DNA of 32,855 nt, taken from contig JBBAPY010000001.1 of assembly GCA_040400635.1 (NCBI GenBank), forward strand, positions 1 through 32,855, written 5' to 3'. The position numbers and the translations under genes are program-made. Of this stretch, positions 17,811-27,216 are shown one piece after another (position 1 is the first letter of the stretch; each line of letters begins with the position of its first letter). The DNA is from Rhodoferax sp. (GTDB lineage: Bacteria; Pseudomonadota; Gammaproteobacteria; Burkholderiales; Burkholderiaceae_C). The notes beneath the pieces are model-generated. The model did not search any database. It saw only the letters and a list, made by a program, of their open reading frames with translations, and had not been told where the DNA came from.

Positions 17811-18662
17811 TCACTGCACCAGGGGTGAGTCAAAAGCCTTCAATGTGATCCCTTCGACCCGCGCCCGTCCCACTAGTAAACCCATGTATTGGTGCAAGGC
17901 CTTGGCGCGCGATTGCAGGGCCAGTTGCGCGGCCACACGCTCGCGCACGTCCGCAAAATCCAGCGGCTTGCCCTCGCGCCGCTCGCGTATCTCGATGATG
18001 TGAAAACCAAAGCGGGTGTGCACCAGGCGCGGCAAAACACCCAGGCCCACAGGCACCTCCGCTTGAAAGAACAAAATGCTGGCCAGTTCGGGCGCACAGT
18101 CCTGCGGACCAAGCCAGCCCAGGTCGCCACCTTGGATGCTGCTCGGGCAGTTAGAAAGCTCCGCCGCCAGCTTGCCAAACAAATCTATGGGAACGTTTTT
18201 GCCAAGCAGGCTAATGAGCGCCTTGTCGGCATGCACGCTGAGTGACTGTACGTTCACGCCTGGCGTCACCGCAAACAAGATATGGCGCAAATGCACCGCC
18301 TGGCCGACCAGGTACTGATTTTTTCGGGCGGCAAAGTAGCGCTGGCATTCCTCCTCGGTGGGCGCAGGCACTTGCACCGCTGCATCCACCATGGCCTCTA
18401 GCACGCTACGCTCGGATGCACCAAGCGCTGGTGTCTCCAACACCGCTGCGCGGGGCAAAAGCCCCATCTGCACTGCCTGCTGGCGCAGCAGCTCGGTAAA
18501 GGCCTGTTCGCGCAGGCTTTCTTCATCGGGCCGCGCGTTCGGGCCATGCAGGGCGATGCCGTTGATGGATGCGATCGTGACCGGGTCTGGCGAGGCCACC
18601 TGGGAGCCGCAGCCGCAGGTACCGCCACCGCACCCTTTGCTGACAATGGAAGTTGTGTTCAT
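17811..18662 (-). CDS. Parvulin/PpiC-type peptidyl-prolyl isomerase, NifM-like, nar-associated
   Basis: RHILF, SNCPSSIQGGDLG and TRFGFHII rotamase motifs. Lies directly downstream of narI. Confidence 0.9.
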   Translation of the reverse strand: MNTTSIVSKGCGGGTCGCGSQVASPDPVTIASINGIALHGPNARPDEESLREQAFTELLRQQAVQMGLLPRAAVLETPALGASERSVLEAMVDAAVQVPAPTEEECQRYFAARKNQYLVGQAVHLRHILFAVTPGVNVQSLSVHADKALISLLGKNVPIDLFGKLAAELSNCPSSIQGGDLGWLGPQDCAPELASILFFQAEVPVGLGVLPRLVHTRFGFHIIEIRERREGKPLDFADVRERVAAQLALQSRAKALHQYMGLLVGRARVEGITLKAFDSPLVQ

Positions 18663-18686
18663 GCTGTGTCCTAAAACTATGGGCGC

Positions 18687-19412
18687 TTAGCGGGCGTTTC
18701 TGCTGAGGGGTTCACGCTCGACCATCCCCAGGCGCCGGCTGCGCACCAGTTGGTAAGGTCGCACCAGATAGGCCACGGTGCCAAAGCCGCTCCACACATG
18801 CACCAGCCTAGTGAAGGGGAAGATCAAAAAGATCGACATGCCCAAAAACATATGCAGCTTGAAGACCCAGCTAGCGTCATTCAACAACTGCGGCGCACCG
18901 GCTTGGAATGTGGCGATGTGCTGGGCCCAATCGGCTAGCTTCATCATCATGCTGCCGTCCAGATGCTGGGCCGATAGCGGGATGGTGGCCAAACCCAAGG
19001 CCAGTTGCAGCCATAGCAAGACTAACAGCACGATGTCACTGGTTTTGGAGTTAACGCGGATACGCTCATCGCCCAGTCGGCGTTGCAGCAGCATGCTCAC
19101 GCCGATAAATCCCAGAATGCCGAAAGCGCCGCCCGAGACCATGGCCATGATTTGCTTGCTGCCCGCACTCATAAAGGGTTCGTAAAGAAAATGGGGCGTC
19201 AACATGCCAAACGTGTGCCCGCCCAGGAGGAATAAAACACCGACGTGAAACAGATTGCTGCCCCAACGCAACTGGCCCGCGCGCAGCAGCTGCGAGGAAT
19301 CGCTCTTCCAGGTGTACTGGTCACGGTCAAAGCGCATCAGGCTACCCAGCAGGAAAATGCTCAGGCAGATATAGGGGTAGTAACCGAACAAAAGGTTGTC
19401 AAGGTAAGTCAT
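18687..19412 (-). CDS. narI: Respiratory nitrate reductase gamma subunit (cytochrome b)
   Basis: YPYICL, RFDRDQYTWKSDSSQ, FHVG...GH, HMFLG and FPFTRLVH. Confidence 0.97.
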   Translation of the reverse strand: MTYLDNLLFGYYPYICLSIFLLGSLMRFDRDQYTWKSDSSQLLRAGQLRWGSNLFHVGVLFLLGGHTFGMLTPHFLYEPFMSAGSKQIMAMVSGGAFGILGFIGVSMLLQRRLGDERIRVNSKTSDIVLLVLLWLQLALGLATIPLSAQHLDGSMMMKLADWAQHIATFQAGAPQLLNDASWVFKLHMFLGMSIFLIFPFTRLVHVWSGFGTVAYLVRPYQLVRSRRLGMVEREPLSRNAR

Positions 19413-20149
19413 ATGCGCGCTCCTTGGACTTCTTGTGCGGTCTGGCCCTTGGCAAAAACCGAAGCGACGGTAACCGTCGCCGGATGGAGTGGCACCGCAG
19501 TTTTTCGAACCAAGTGGATCGTCTGCGCTTGCCCCGGCTTGGACTGGCCTTTGGTGCTGCAGCCGTCAAAGGCTTGGGGCTCCTGCCAGAGGTCGTCCAT
19601 GGCCTCGTCGGCGACGATGGCCACGGACTGCACGCGCTGCCCGCACAGTTCCAGCACGGCGGCAAGCGGCGTGGCATAGGGGCTGCCACCTTGCACCAGC
19701 GCACTGAAGATGGCGGACAGGATATGGGCCATCTCACCCAGAAACTCGCTTGCCAATTTGGGCGGCTGGGTGGAGGCGAATTCCAGCACCACGCACAAGT
19801 GGTCCGGTAACTCATCGGGGGACATCATCAGGCCAGCCTTTTCGTAGGTCTGCACCAGATCAACCATGGCCGGGCCCCGTTCGCGCGAATCACCGTGGAT
19901 ATGCTCGAACATGTGCAGCGAGGTGGCGCGGCCCCGGTCAAAGGTTTCCACATAGCGCGCCTCTACTTCCATGGGGTCCAGGCGCGTGAGCTCGGTTGCA
20001 AAAGCGTGCAGCGCCTGGCGGCGCGCGGCAGGGATCACTGCCTCTTTGTCGATGGCCTGCAGTAGCTCGGGCAGATGGCTGCGTAATTGGGCATCTGGGT
20101 AGCCCATCAAGGCGCTGAGTGCACGCAGGGAATAACGGTTGTTTTTCAT
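19409..20149 (-). CDS. narJ: Nitrate reductase molybdenum cofactor assembly chaperone
   Basis: YVETFDRGRATSLHMFEHIHGDSRERGPAMVDL and ELPDHL. Confidence 0.97.
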   Translation of the reverse strand: MKNNRYSLRALSALMGYPDAQLRSHLPELLQAIDKEAVIPAARRQALHAFATELTRLDPMEVEARYVETFDRGRATSLHMFEHIHGDSRERGPAMVDLVQTYEKAGLMMSPDELPDHLCVVLEFASTQPPKLASEFLGEMAHILSAIFSALVQGGSPYATPLAAVLELCGQRVQSVAIVADEAMDDLWQEPQAFDGCSTKGQSKPGQAQTIHLVRKTAVPLHPATVTVASVFAKGQTAQEVQGARI

Positions 20150-20161
20150 GGCGCGCTTACC

Positions 20162-21694
20162 TTAAACATAGGACTTAATGGGAATGGTGCGTGGTTTGGC
20201 ACCGCCAAACAGACTGGTCTCGGAGCTCCCCTCCGAGCAACCGTTGCCAAAGGAAAAGCCACAGCCGCCGCGCAGGTCAAAAGCGTTTTCGGCGTACTCG
20301 CGGTGCGAACTCGGGATCACAAAGCGGTCTTCGTAGTTGGCAATGGCCATGATTTGGTACATCTCCTCCACCTGGGCCACCGTCAAGCCGACCTGTTCCA
20401 AAACGGCGAGGTTTTGCTCTTGGTCCACATGCTTGCTGCGCTGGTAGGCGCGCATGGCCAGCATGCGCTCTAAGGCACGCACCACGGGCGCGGTGTCGCC
20501 AGCAGTTAGCAGGTTGGCCAGGTACTGCACCGGAATACGCATTTGTGCCAGGTCTGGTATCTCGCCATTGATACCAATGTGGCCGGCGTTGGCAGCCGAG
20601 TTGATGGGAGAGAGCGGCGGAACATACCAGACCATGGGCAGCGTGCGGTACTCAGGGTGCAGCGGCAGGGCCACTTTCCAGTCCACCGCCATTTTGTAGA
20701 CCGGGCTGTTGCGTGCGCCAATCAGCCAGGATTCAGGGATGCCATCGAGGCGGGCCTGGGCGATCACCTTGGGGTCGTGGGGGTCCAGGAAGATGTCCAG
20801 TTGCGCCTGGTACAGGTCTTTCTCGTCCACCACACTGGCCGCCTGGGCAATCCGGTCTGCGTCATACAGCACCACACCCAGGTAGCGGATGCGGCCCACG
20901 CAGGTCTCGGAGCACACCGTGGGTTGCCCCGCTTCAATGCGCGGGTAGCAGAAGATGCACTTCTCGGCCTTACCGCTTTTCCAGTTGTAGTAAATTTTCT
21001 TGTAGGGGCAACCCGAGACGCACATGCGCCAACCGCGGCACTTGTCCTGGTCGATCAAGACAATGCCGTCGTCTTCGCGTTTGTAGATCGATCCACTTGG
21101 GCAGCTGGCCACGCAGGCCGGGTTGAGGCAGTGCTCACACAGGCGCGGCAGGTACATCATGAAAGTGTTTTCAAACTGGCCGACCATGTCCTTTTGCACT
21201 TGGTCAAAATTTGCCAGATTGGCGTCCTTGCTGCGCTTGCTGAATTCACCGCCCAAAATTTCTTCCCAGTTCGGGCCCCAGACGATTTTTTCCATGCGTT
21301 TGCCGGTGATCAGGCTGCGCGGACGCGCCGTTGGTGCGTGCTTGCCCTCAGGTGCGGACTGCAGGTGCTCGTAGTCGAAGGTGTAGGGCTCGTAGTAGTC
21401 GTCAATCTGCGGCATATTGGGGTTGGAGAAGATGCGCATCAGCAGCTTCCACTTGCCGCCTTGCTTGGGCTCGATAGAGCCATCGGCCTTGCGAACCCAA
21501 CCCCCGTTCCATTTGTCCTGGTTTTCCCACTCTTTGGGGTAGCCGATGCCGGGCTTGGTTTCCACGTTGTTGAACCAGGCGTATTCCATGCCGGGCCGAG
21601 AAGTCCAGACGTTTTTACAGGTGACCGAGCAGGTGTGGCAGCCAATGCACTTGTCCAGGTTCAGCACCATGGCGATTTGGGCGCGTATTTTCAT
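20162..21694 (-). CDS. narH: Respiratory nitrate reductase beta subunit
   Basis: MKIRAQIAMVLNLDKCIGCHTCSVTCK, CEHCLNPACVASCP, CRGWRMCVSGCPY and CIFCYPR. Confidence 0.99.
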   Translation of the reverse strand: MKIRAQIAMVLNLDKCIGCHTCSVTCKNVWTSRPGMEYAWFNNVETKPGIGYPKEWENQDKWNGGWVRKADGSIEPKQGGKWKLLMRIFSNPNMPQIDDYYEPYTFDYEHLQSAPEGKHAPTARPRSLITGKRMEKIVWGPNWEEILGGEFSKRSKDANLANFDQVQKDMVGQFENTFMMYLPRLCEHCLNPACVASCPSGSIYKREDDGIVLIDQDKCRGWRMCVSGCPYKKIYYNWKSGKAEKCIFCYPRIEAGQPTVCSETCVGRIRYLGVVLYDADRIAQAASVVDEKDLYQAQLDIFLDPHDPKVIAQARLDGIPESWLIGARNSPVYKMAVDWKVALPLHPEYRTLPMVWYVPPLSPINSAANAGHIGINGEIPDLAQMRIPVQYLANLLTAGDTAPVVRALERMLAMRAYQRSKHVDQEQNLAVLEQVGLTVAQVEEMYQIMAIANYEDRFVIPSSHREYAENAFDLRGGCGFSFGNGCSEGSSETSLFGGAKPRTIPIKSYV

Positions 21695-21712
21695 TGTGTT
21701 TCTCCTTGGTGC

Positions 21713-24700
21713 TTATGCCTGGATGGTCGGGGCCGCTTCGCCGTCCAACCAGTCGACCTTGCGCATCTTGCGCACCACCACAAACTCGTCGCGGTTGGTG
21801 CCAATCGTTCCGTAGTAGTTAAAGCCATAGCTGAACTGCGCGTAGCCACCAATCATGTGCGTGGGTTTGGTCACGATGCGCGTCACCGAGTTGTGAATGC
21901 CGCCGCGGGTTCCGGTGATTTCTGCACCGGGCGTGTTGATGATTTTTTCCTGCGCGTGGTACATCATCACCATGCCCGGATTCACCCGCTGGCTGACCAC
22001 GGCGCGGGCGGCAATAGCACCGTTGATATTGAAGAGCTCGACCCAGTCGTTGTCCTCAATGCCGGCCACTTTGGCATCGTCTTCGCTGAGCCAAATCACC
22101 GGGCCACCGCGATTGAGCGTGAGCATCATCAGGTTGTCGGTGTAGGTGCTGTGAATGCCCCACTTTTGGTGCGGCGTGATGAAGTTCAAGGAAATTTCCT
22201 TGTTGCCATTGGGCTTCCTGTCGATGATGCCGGCCACTGCCTTGAGGTCTACCGGCGGGCGGTAGCTGCTCAGGCCTTCCCCGAAAGCGATCATCCAAGG
22301 GTGATCCAAATAGAAGTGCTGGCGGCCGGTCAGGGTGCGCCATGGGATCAGCTCGTGCACATTGGTGTAGCCGGCGTTGTAGCTCACGGTCTCGGATTCA
22401 ATGCCGCTCCACGTCGGGCTGGAAATAATCTTGCGCGGTTGAGCCTGAATATCGCGAAAGCGAATTTTTTCGTCTTCGCGGTGAATGGCTAAATGGGTAT
22501 GGTCGCGTCCGGTGATCTTGCCCAGCGCCTGCCATGCTTTCACAGCCACATGGCCATTGGTCTCGGGGGCCAGCTGCAGCACCACTTCGCAGGCGTCAAT
22601 GTCGCTCTCGATTTTTGGCATGCCCTTGGTGACACCTTCGGTGTGCACTTTGCCGTTAAGTTCGGCCAGTTGTTGCACCTCGGTCTTGGTGTCCCAGCCA
22701 ATGCCCTTGCCGCCATTGCCCACCTTGTCCATCAACGGACCCAGCGCGGTGAAGCGCTTAAAGGTATTGGGGTAATCGCGCTCGATCACCGCAATCTGGG
22801 GAGCGGTCTTGCCTGGAATCAACTCGCACTCGCCACGTTTCCAATCTTTCACGTCAAAGGGCTGGGCCAGCTCGGCCGGGGTGTCGTGCATCAGCGGGGT
22901 CAACACCACTTCCTTTTCTACACCCAGGTGACCGACGCAGACCTTGCTATAGGCCTGGGCAAATCCCTTGTAAATGTCCCAGTCGCTCTTGGATTGCCAT
23001 GCCGGGTCCACCGCAGTGGACAGCGGGTGGATAAAGGGATGCATGTCGCTGGTATTGAGATCATTTTTCTCGTACCACGTAGCCGTGGGCAGCACGATGT
23101 CGGAATACAGGCAAGTGGTGCTCATGCGAAAGTCCAGCGTGACCAGCAAGTCCAGCTTGCCTTGCGGTGCTTCCTTATGCCATTGCACTTCGGCAGGTTT
23201 GGCATCTTGCACGCCCAGGTCCTTGCCCTGCACGCCGTGGGTGGTGCCCAGCAAATGCTTCATGAAGTATTCATGCCCTTTACCGGAAGAACCCAGCAGA
23301 TTGGAGCGCCAGACAAACATATTGCGTGGCCAGTTGGCGGGATGGTCCGGGTCCTCGCAGCTCATCTTCAGGCTGCCGTCCTTGAGCGACTTCACCGCAT
23401 AGTCCTTAGGGTCCATACCCACCGCCATGGCGTCTTTGACCACTTGAAAGGGGTTGGTCTGCAACTGGGGCGCACTGGGCAGCCAGCCCATGCGCTCGGC
23501 GCGCACGTTGTAGTCAATCAGGCTGCCGCCATATTTGCGCTTGTCGGCCAGGGGCGAAAGAATTTCATCGACACCCAGTTTTTCGTAACGCCACTGGTCG
23601 GTGTGCGCGTAAAAGAAGCTGGTGCTGTTCATCTGCCGTGGCGGGCGCACCCAGTCCAGCGCGAAGGCCAGCGCAGTCCAGCCGGTCTGCGGGCGCAGTT
23701 TTTCTTGTCCCACGTAGTGCGCCCAGCCGCCGCCGCTCTTGCCGATGCAGCCGCACATCATCAACATATTGATGATGCCGCGGTAATTCATATCGCTGTG
23801 GTACCAGTGGTTCATTGCCGCGCCGATGATGACCATGGACTTGCCTTGGGTCTTGTCGGCGTTATCAGCAAACTGGCGTGCCACGGCGATGATCTGGTCG
23901 CGCTTGACGCCGGTAATCTTTTCCTGCCAAGCGGGGGTGTAAGGCGTATCGTCATCAAAACTGAGGGCGGCGTTTTCACCGGGGATGCCACGGGCCACAC
24001 CGTAGTTGGCCACGGTGAGGTCAAACACCGTGGCAATCAGCGCCGTGCGCTCTTGCCCGGCTTTGCCCAGTTGGATGCGACGCACCGGCACCTTGCGCAC
24101 CAGGATGTCGTCCACCGCTACGCTCTGTTTATTGGCGCTGAAGTTGGGCGTGTCAATGCCGCCGAAATAGGGGAAGCCCACTTCACCGATTTCGTAGTCG
24201 GCAGCCACACCGCCGGAAGATGCCTCCATCAAACTGAGCTTGAGTTTGATAGCGGAATCGTTGCGCGCTTCCTTGTCTTCCAGATTCCATTTGCCAACGT
24301 CGGCGCGGCCTTCTGCGCCCCAGCGAAAACCGATGCTGCCATTGGGCACCACGATCTTGTCGCTCTCGTCGATGGCCAGGGTCTTCCACTCGGGGTTGTT
24401 GGCCTGGCCGAGCTTGCCGTTGAAGTCACTGGCGCGCAGGTAGGCGCCGGGCACCAGCACCGTGCAACCGTCGGGCAGCTTGCGCTCTTCCAACTGCACC
24501 AGGTTGGGCATGTCGGTATAGCGGCGCACGTAGTCATCAAAGTAAGCACTGCGCTTGTCGAAGTAAAACTCTTTCAAGATTACGTGGCCCATGGCCATGG
24601 CCACGGCCGCATCCGTGCCTTGCTTAGGGTGCATCCACAGGTCGGCCAGCTTGCTGACCTCTGCATAGTCGGGCGTGATGGCTACGGTCTTGCAGCCTTT

Positions 24701-25519
24701 GTAGCGCACCTCGGTCAGGAAATGGGCATCGGGTGTGCGCGTTTGTGGCACGTTAGAGCCCCAGGCGATGATGAAGTTGGCGTTGTACCAATCGGCGGAC
24801 TCAGGCACGTCGGTCTGCTCTCCCCAGACTTGCGGGCTGGCCGGCGGCAGATCGCAATACCAGTCGTAAAAGCTCATGCACACGCCGCCAATGAGAGAGA
24901 GGTAGCGGCTGCCCGCGGCATAACTGACCATCGACATAGCGGGGATGGGCGAGAAGCCGATCACCCGGTCCGGGCCCCACTTCTTGGCGGTGTAGACGTT
25001 GGCTGCGGCGATGAGCTCGTTGACCTCGTCCCAGCTGCTGCGCACAAAGCCACCGAGGCCACGTTGCTTGACCCACTGGCTGCGGGCGCTGTCGTTTTCC
25101 ACCATTGCAGCCCAGGCCTTCACCGGGTCTTTGAAAACAGCCAGGGCAGCGCGCCACTGCGTCAGCAGGCGGGCCCGAATCATGGGATATTTGACGCGAT
25201 TGGCGCTGTACAAATACCAGGAGTAGGAGGCACCGCGGGCGCAACCACGCGGCTCATGGTTGGGCAGGTCTGCACGCGTACGCGGGTAGTCGGTTTGCTG
25301 GGTTTCCCAGGTGACAATGCCACCCTTGACGTAGATCTTCCAGGAGCAAGAACCCGTGCAATTGACGCCGTGGGTGCTGCGCACGATTTTGTCGTGCGCC
25401 CACCGGTCGCGGTAGGCGTCTTCCCAGGTCCGATCCTCACCCGTGGTGCGGCCGTGGCCGTCGGAAAAGCTTTCCTTCGGTGCCCGGAAGTGGCTCAGGC
25501 GATCCAGAAAATGGCTCAT
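21713..25519 (-). CDS. narG: Respiratory nitrate reductase alpha subunit
   Basis: MSHFLDRL, HGVNCTGSC FS0 motif, SFYDWYCDLP, HYVGQEKLRP, TPHQKWGIHST and FNYYGTIG. Confidence 0.99.
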   Translation of the reverse strand: MSHFLDRLSHFRAPKESFSDGHGRTTGEDRTWEDAYRDRWAHDKIVRSTHGVNCTGSCSWKIYVKGGIVTWETQQTDYPRTRADLPNHEPRGCARGASYSWYLYSANRVKYPMIRARLLTQWRAALAVFKDPVKAWAAMVENDSARSQWVKQRGLGGFVRSSWDEVNELIAAANVYTAKKWGPDRVIGFSPIPAMSMVSYAAGSRYLSLIGGVCMSFYDWYCDLPPASPQVWGEQTDVPESADWYNANFIIAWGSNVPQTRTPDAHFLTEVRYKGCKTVAITPDYAEVSKLADLWMHPKQGTDAAVAMAMGHVILKEFYFDKRSAYFDDYVRRYTDMPNLVQLEERKLPDGCTVLVPGAYLRASDFNGKLGQANNPEWKTLAIDESDKIVVPNGSIGFRWGAEGRADVGKWNLEDKEARNDSAIKLKLSLMEASSGGVAADYEIGEVGFPYFGGIDTPNFSANKQSVAVDDILVRKVPVRRIQLGKAGQERTALIATVFDLTVANYGVARGIPGENAALSFDDDTPYTPAWQEKITGVKRDQIIAVARQFADNADKTQGKSMVIIGAAMNHWYHSDMNYRGIINMLMMCGCIGKSGGGWAHYVGQEKLRPQTGWTALAFALDWVRPPRQMNSTSFFYAHTDQWRYEKLGVDEILSPLADKRKYGGSLIDYNVRAERMGWLPSAPQLQTNPFQVVKDAMAVGMDPKDYAVKSLKDGSLKMSCEDPDHPANWPRNMFVWRSNLLGSSGKGHEYFMKHLLGTTHGVQGKDLGVQDAKPAEVQWHKEAPQGKLDLLVTLDFRMSTTCLYSDIVLPTATWYEKNDLNTSDMHPFIHPLSTAVDPAWQSKSDWDIYKGFAQAYSKVCVGHLGVEKEVVLTPLMHDTPAELAQPFDVKDWKRGECELIPGKTAPQIAVIERDYPNTFKRFTALGPLMDKVGNGGKGIGWDTKTEVQQLAELNGKVHTEGVTKGMPKIESDIDACEVVLQLAPETNGHVAVKAWQALGKITGRDHTHLAIHREDEKIRFRDIQAQPRKIISSPTWSGIESETVSYNAGYTNVHELIPWRTLTGRQHFYLDHPWMIAFGEGLSSYRPPVDLKAVAGIIDRKPNGNKEISLNFITPHQKWGIHSTYTDNLMMLTLNRGGPVIWLSEDDAKVAGIEDNDWVELFNINGAIAARAVVSQRVNPGMVMMYHAQEKIINTPGAEITGTRGGIHNSVTRIVTKPTHMIGGYAQFSYGFNYYGTIGTNRDEFVVVRKMRKVDWLDGEAAPTIQA

Positions 25520-25563
25520 TGTTTACTCCGTTTTGAAAGTGTTGTGCTGGTTTGCGGGTGTGC

Positions 25564-27192
25564 TCAGGGGTTCTTTATCTCTGCACCCTTGCGCAGATAA
25601 AACCACCAGTTCAACACCAGACATAGGGCGTAAAAACATGCAAATCCGTACATCGCCAGCTGCGGGGTGCCGGCCTTGATCTGCGAACCAATCACCACCG
25701 GCGCAATAAAGGCACCGTAGGCGGCGATGGCCGAAGTCCAACCCAAGACCGGCCCTGCCTGCGTGCGGTCAAAGATCACGCCGATGGTGCGAAAAGTGGA
25801 ACCGTTGCCGATACCGCTGGCGGTAAACAGCACGATGAACAGCACCATGAAAGGCATGAAGTACTGCTCGGGCGTGGCCGAACCGTAGGCCAACAACATC
25901 ACATAACCCACCGCCACCGAGGCCAGCACCATCACGGCCGAGATCGCCTGCGTCACGATGGAGCCGCCAATCTTGTCGGAAATCCAGCCGCCGATAGGGC
26001 GCACCAAGGCACCCACAAACGGGCCAATCCAGGCATAGGTCAGGGCCGAAGGGGCATTGGGATTCTTTAGGGTGTGCTGCATGACACCGGCGGCATCGGG
26101 CAGATGGCTGATGCCAAAGATCACCGTGATGGACAAGGGCAGCGCCATTGAAAAACCAATGAAGGAGCCGAAGGTGACGATGTACAAGAGCGTGAGCGAC
26201 CAGGTGTGCTTATTGCCAAAGATGGCGAACTGCTTGGCGATGTTGTCCTTCATCGCGCCCAAGGCGGCCAGGCGCATCATCATCAAAGTGCTGAACACAA
26301 TCAGCGGCATGGCAATCCACATGTTGAGGATGCCCAGCCCTGTGGGCGCGGGCAGGTACAGGTACAGGCCCAGACCGGCAGGCACAAAAGACAGGGTGTA
26401 GAGCCAGATGATTTTCAGAAAGGCCGCAAGTGTGCCGCCGCTGTCCGGTGTCACCGTGTTCAGGTTGTTCATCCCATACCAAGCGAACACCGATAAGGGA
26501 ATCAGCGACAGCAACCAGGCAAAGCCGGCGTTCTGAATCCAGGTGGGCGTGCCCGCCACAATCTTGCCCAAAATCCAGCCGCTGTCTTTCACCAGCACCA
26601 TGGCCTCACCACCCATGCCGCCGAAGATGCTCAGGGTCATGACCAAAGGGATCACGATTTGCATGGTGGTCACGCCAAAGTTACCCAGACCCGCATTCAA
26701 GCCCAGCGCCGTGCCCTGCAGGCGCTTAGGAAAGAAGGTGCTGATGTTGGACATGGAGCTGGCAAAGTTGCCGCCACCCACACCTGACCACAGCGCCATC
26801 AACTGAAAGGTCCAGAGCGGCCACTCGGGGTGCTGCAGCACGATGCCGGTGCCCAGTGCGGGCGCCAGCAGCATCGCTGTGGTCAAAAAGATGGTGTTGC
26901 GTCCACCGGCCACGCGAATCAAAAACGACGCCGGGATGCGCATGGTGGCACCAGCCAGGCCCGCTATAGCTGTGAGCGAGAACAACTCCGCCTGGGTGAA
27001 GGGGAAACCCAGGTTCAGCATCTGCACCGTGATGATGCCCCACATGCCCCAGATGGCGAAGCCGCACAAAAGCGCCGGCACGGATATCCAGAGGTTGCGG
27101 TAGGCGATTTTTTTGCCGGTACTTTCCCAGAATTGCTCGTCTTCCGGGCGCCAGTCGGCCAGGTCGGCGCCGCTTTGTGTCTTGGTGTTCAT
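25564..27192 (-). CDS. narK2: NarK2-type nitrate/nitrite MFS transporter
   Basis: WRPED..FW, RNLWISVP, GGGNFASSMSNIS and GIGNGSTFR. Confidence 0.92.
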   Translation of the reverse strand: MNTKTQSGADLADWRPEDEQFWESTGKKIAYRNLWISVPALLCGFAIWGMWGIITVQMLNLGFPFTQAELFSLTAIAGLAGATMRIPASFLIRVAGGRNTIFLTTAMLLAPALGTGIVLQHPEWPLWTFQLMALWSGVGGGNFASSMSNISTFFPKRLQGTALGLNAGLGNFGVTTMQIVIPLVMTLSIFGGMGGEAMVLVKDSGWILGKIVAGTPTWIQNAGFAWLLSLIPLSVFAWYGMNNLNTVTPDSGGTLAAFLKIIWLYTLSFVPAGLGLYLYLPAPTGLGILNMWIAMPLIVFSTLMMMRLAALGAMKDNIAKQFAIFGNKHTWSLTLLYIVTFGSFIGFSMALPLSITVIFGISHLPDAAGVMQHTLKNPNAPSALTYAWIGPFVGALVRPIGGWISDKIGGSIVTQAISAVMVLASVAVGYVMLLAYGSATPEQYFMPFMVLFIVLFTASGIGNGSTFRTIGVIFDRTQAGPVLGWTSAIAAYGAFIAPVVIGSQIKAGTPQLAMYGFACFYALCLVLNWWFYLRKGAEIKNP

Positions 27193-27216
27193 TGCTTGCT
27201 TTCGGTGAAAAGAGAT

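Noticed and set aside
20543-25600. Very long plus-strand ORFs (649 aa and 1035 aa) antisense to narH/narG
   Set aside because: They are codon-aligned with narGH, so they arise from the rarity of TTA/CTA/TCA codons in GC-biased genes. No recognisable motifs.
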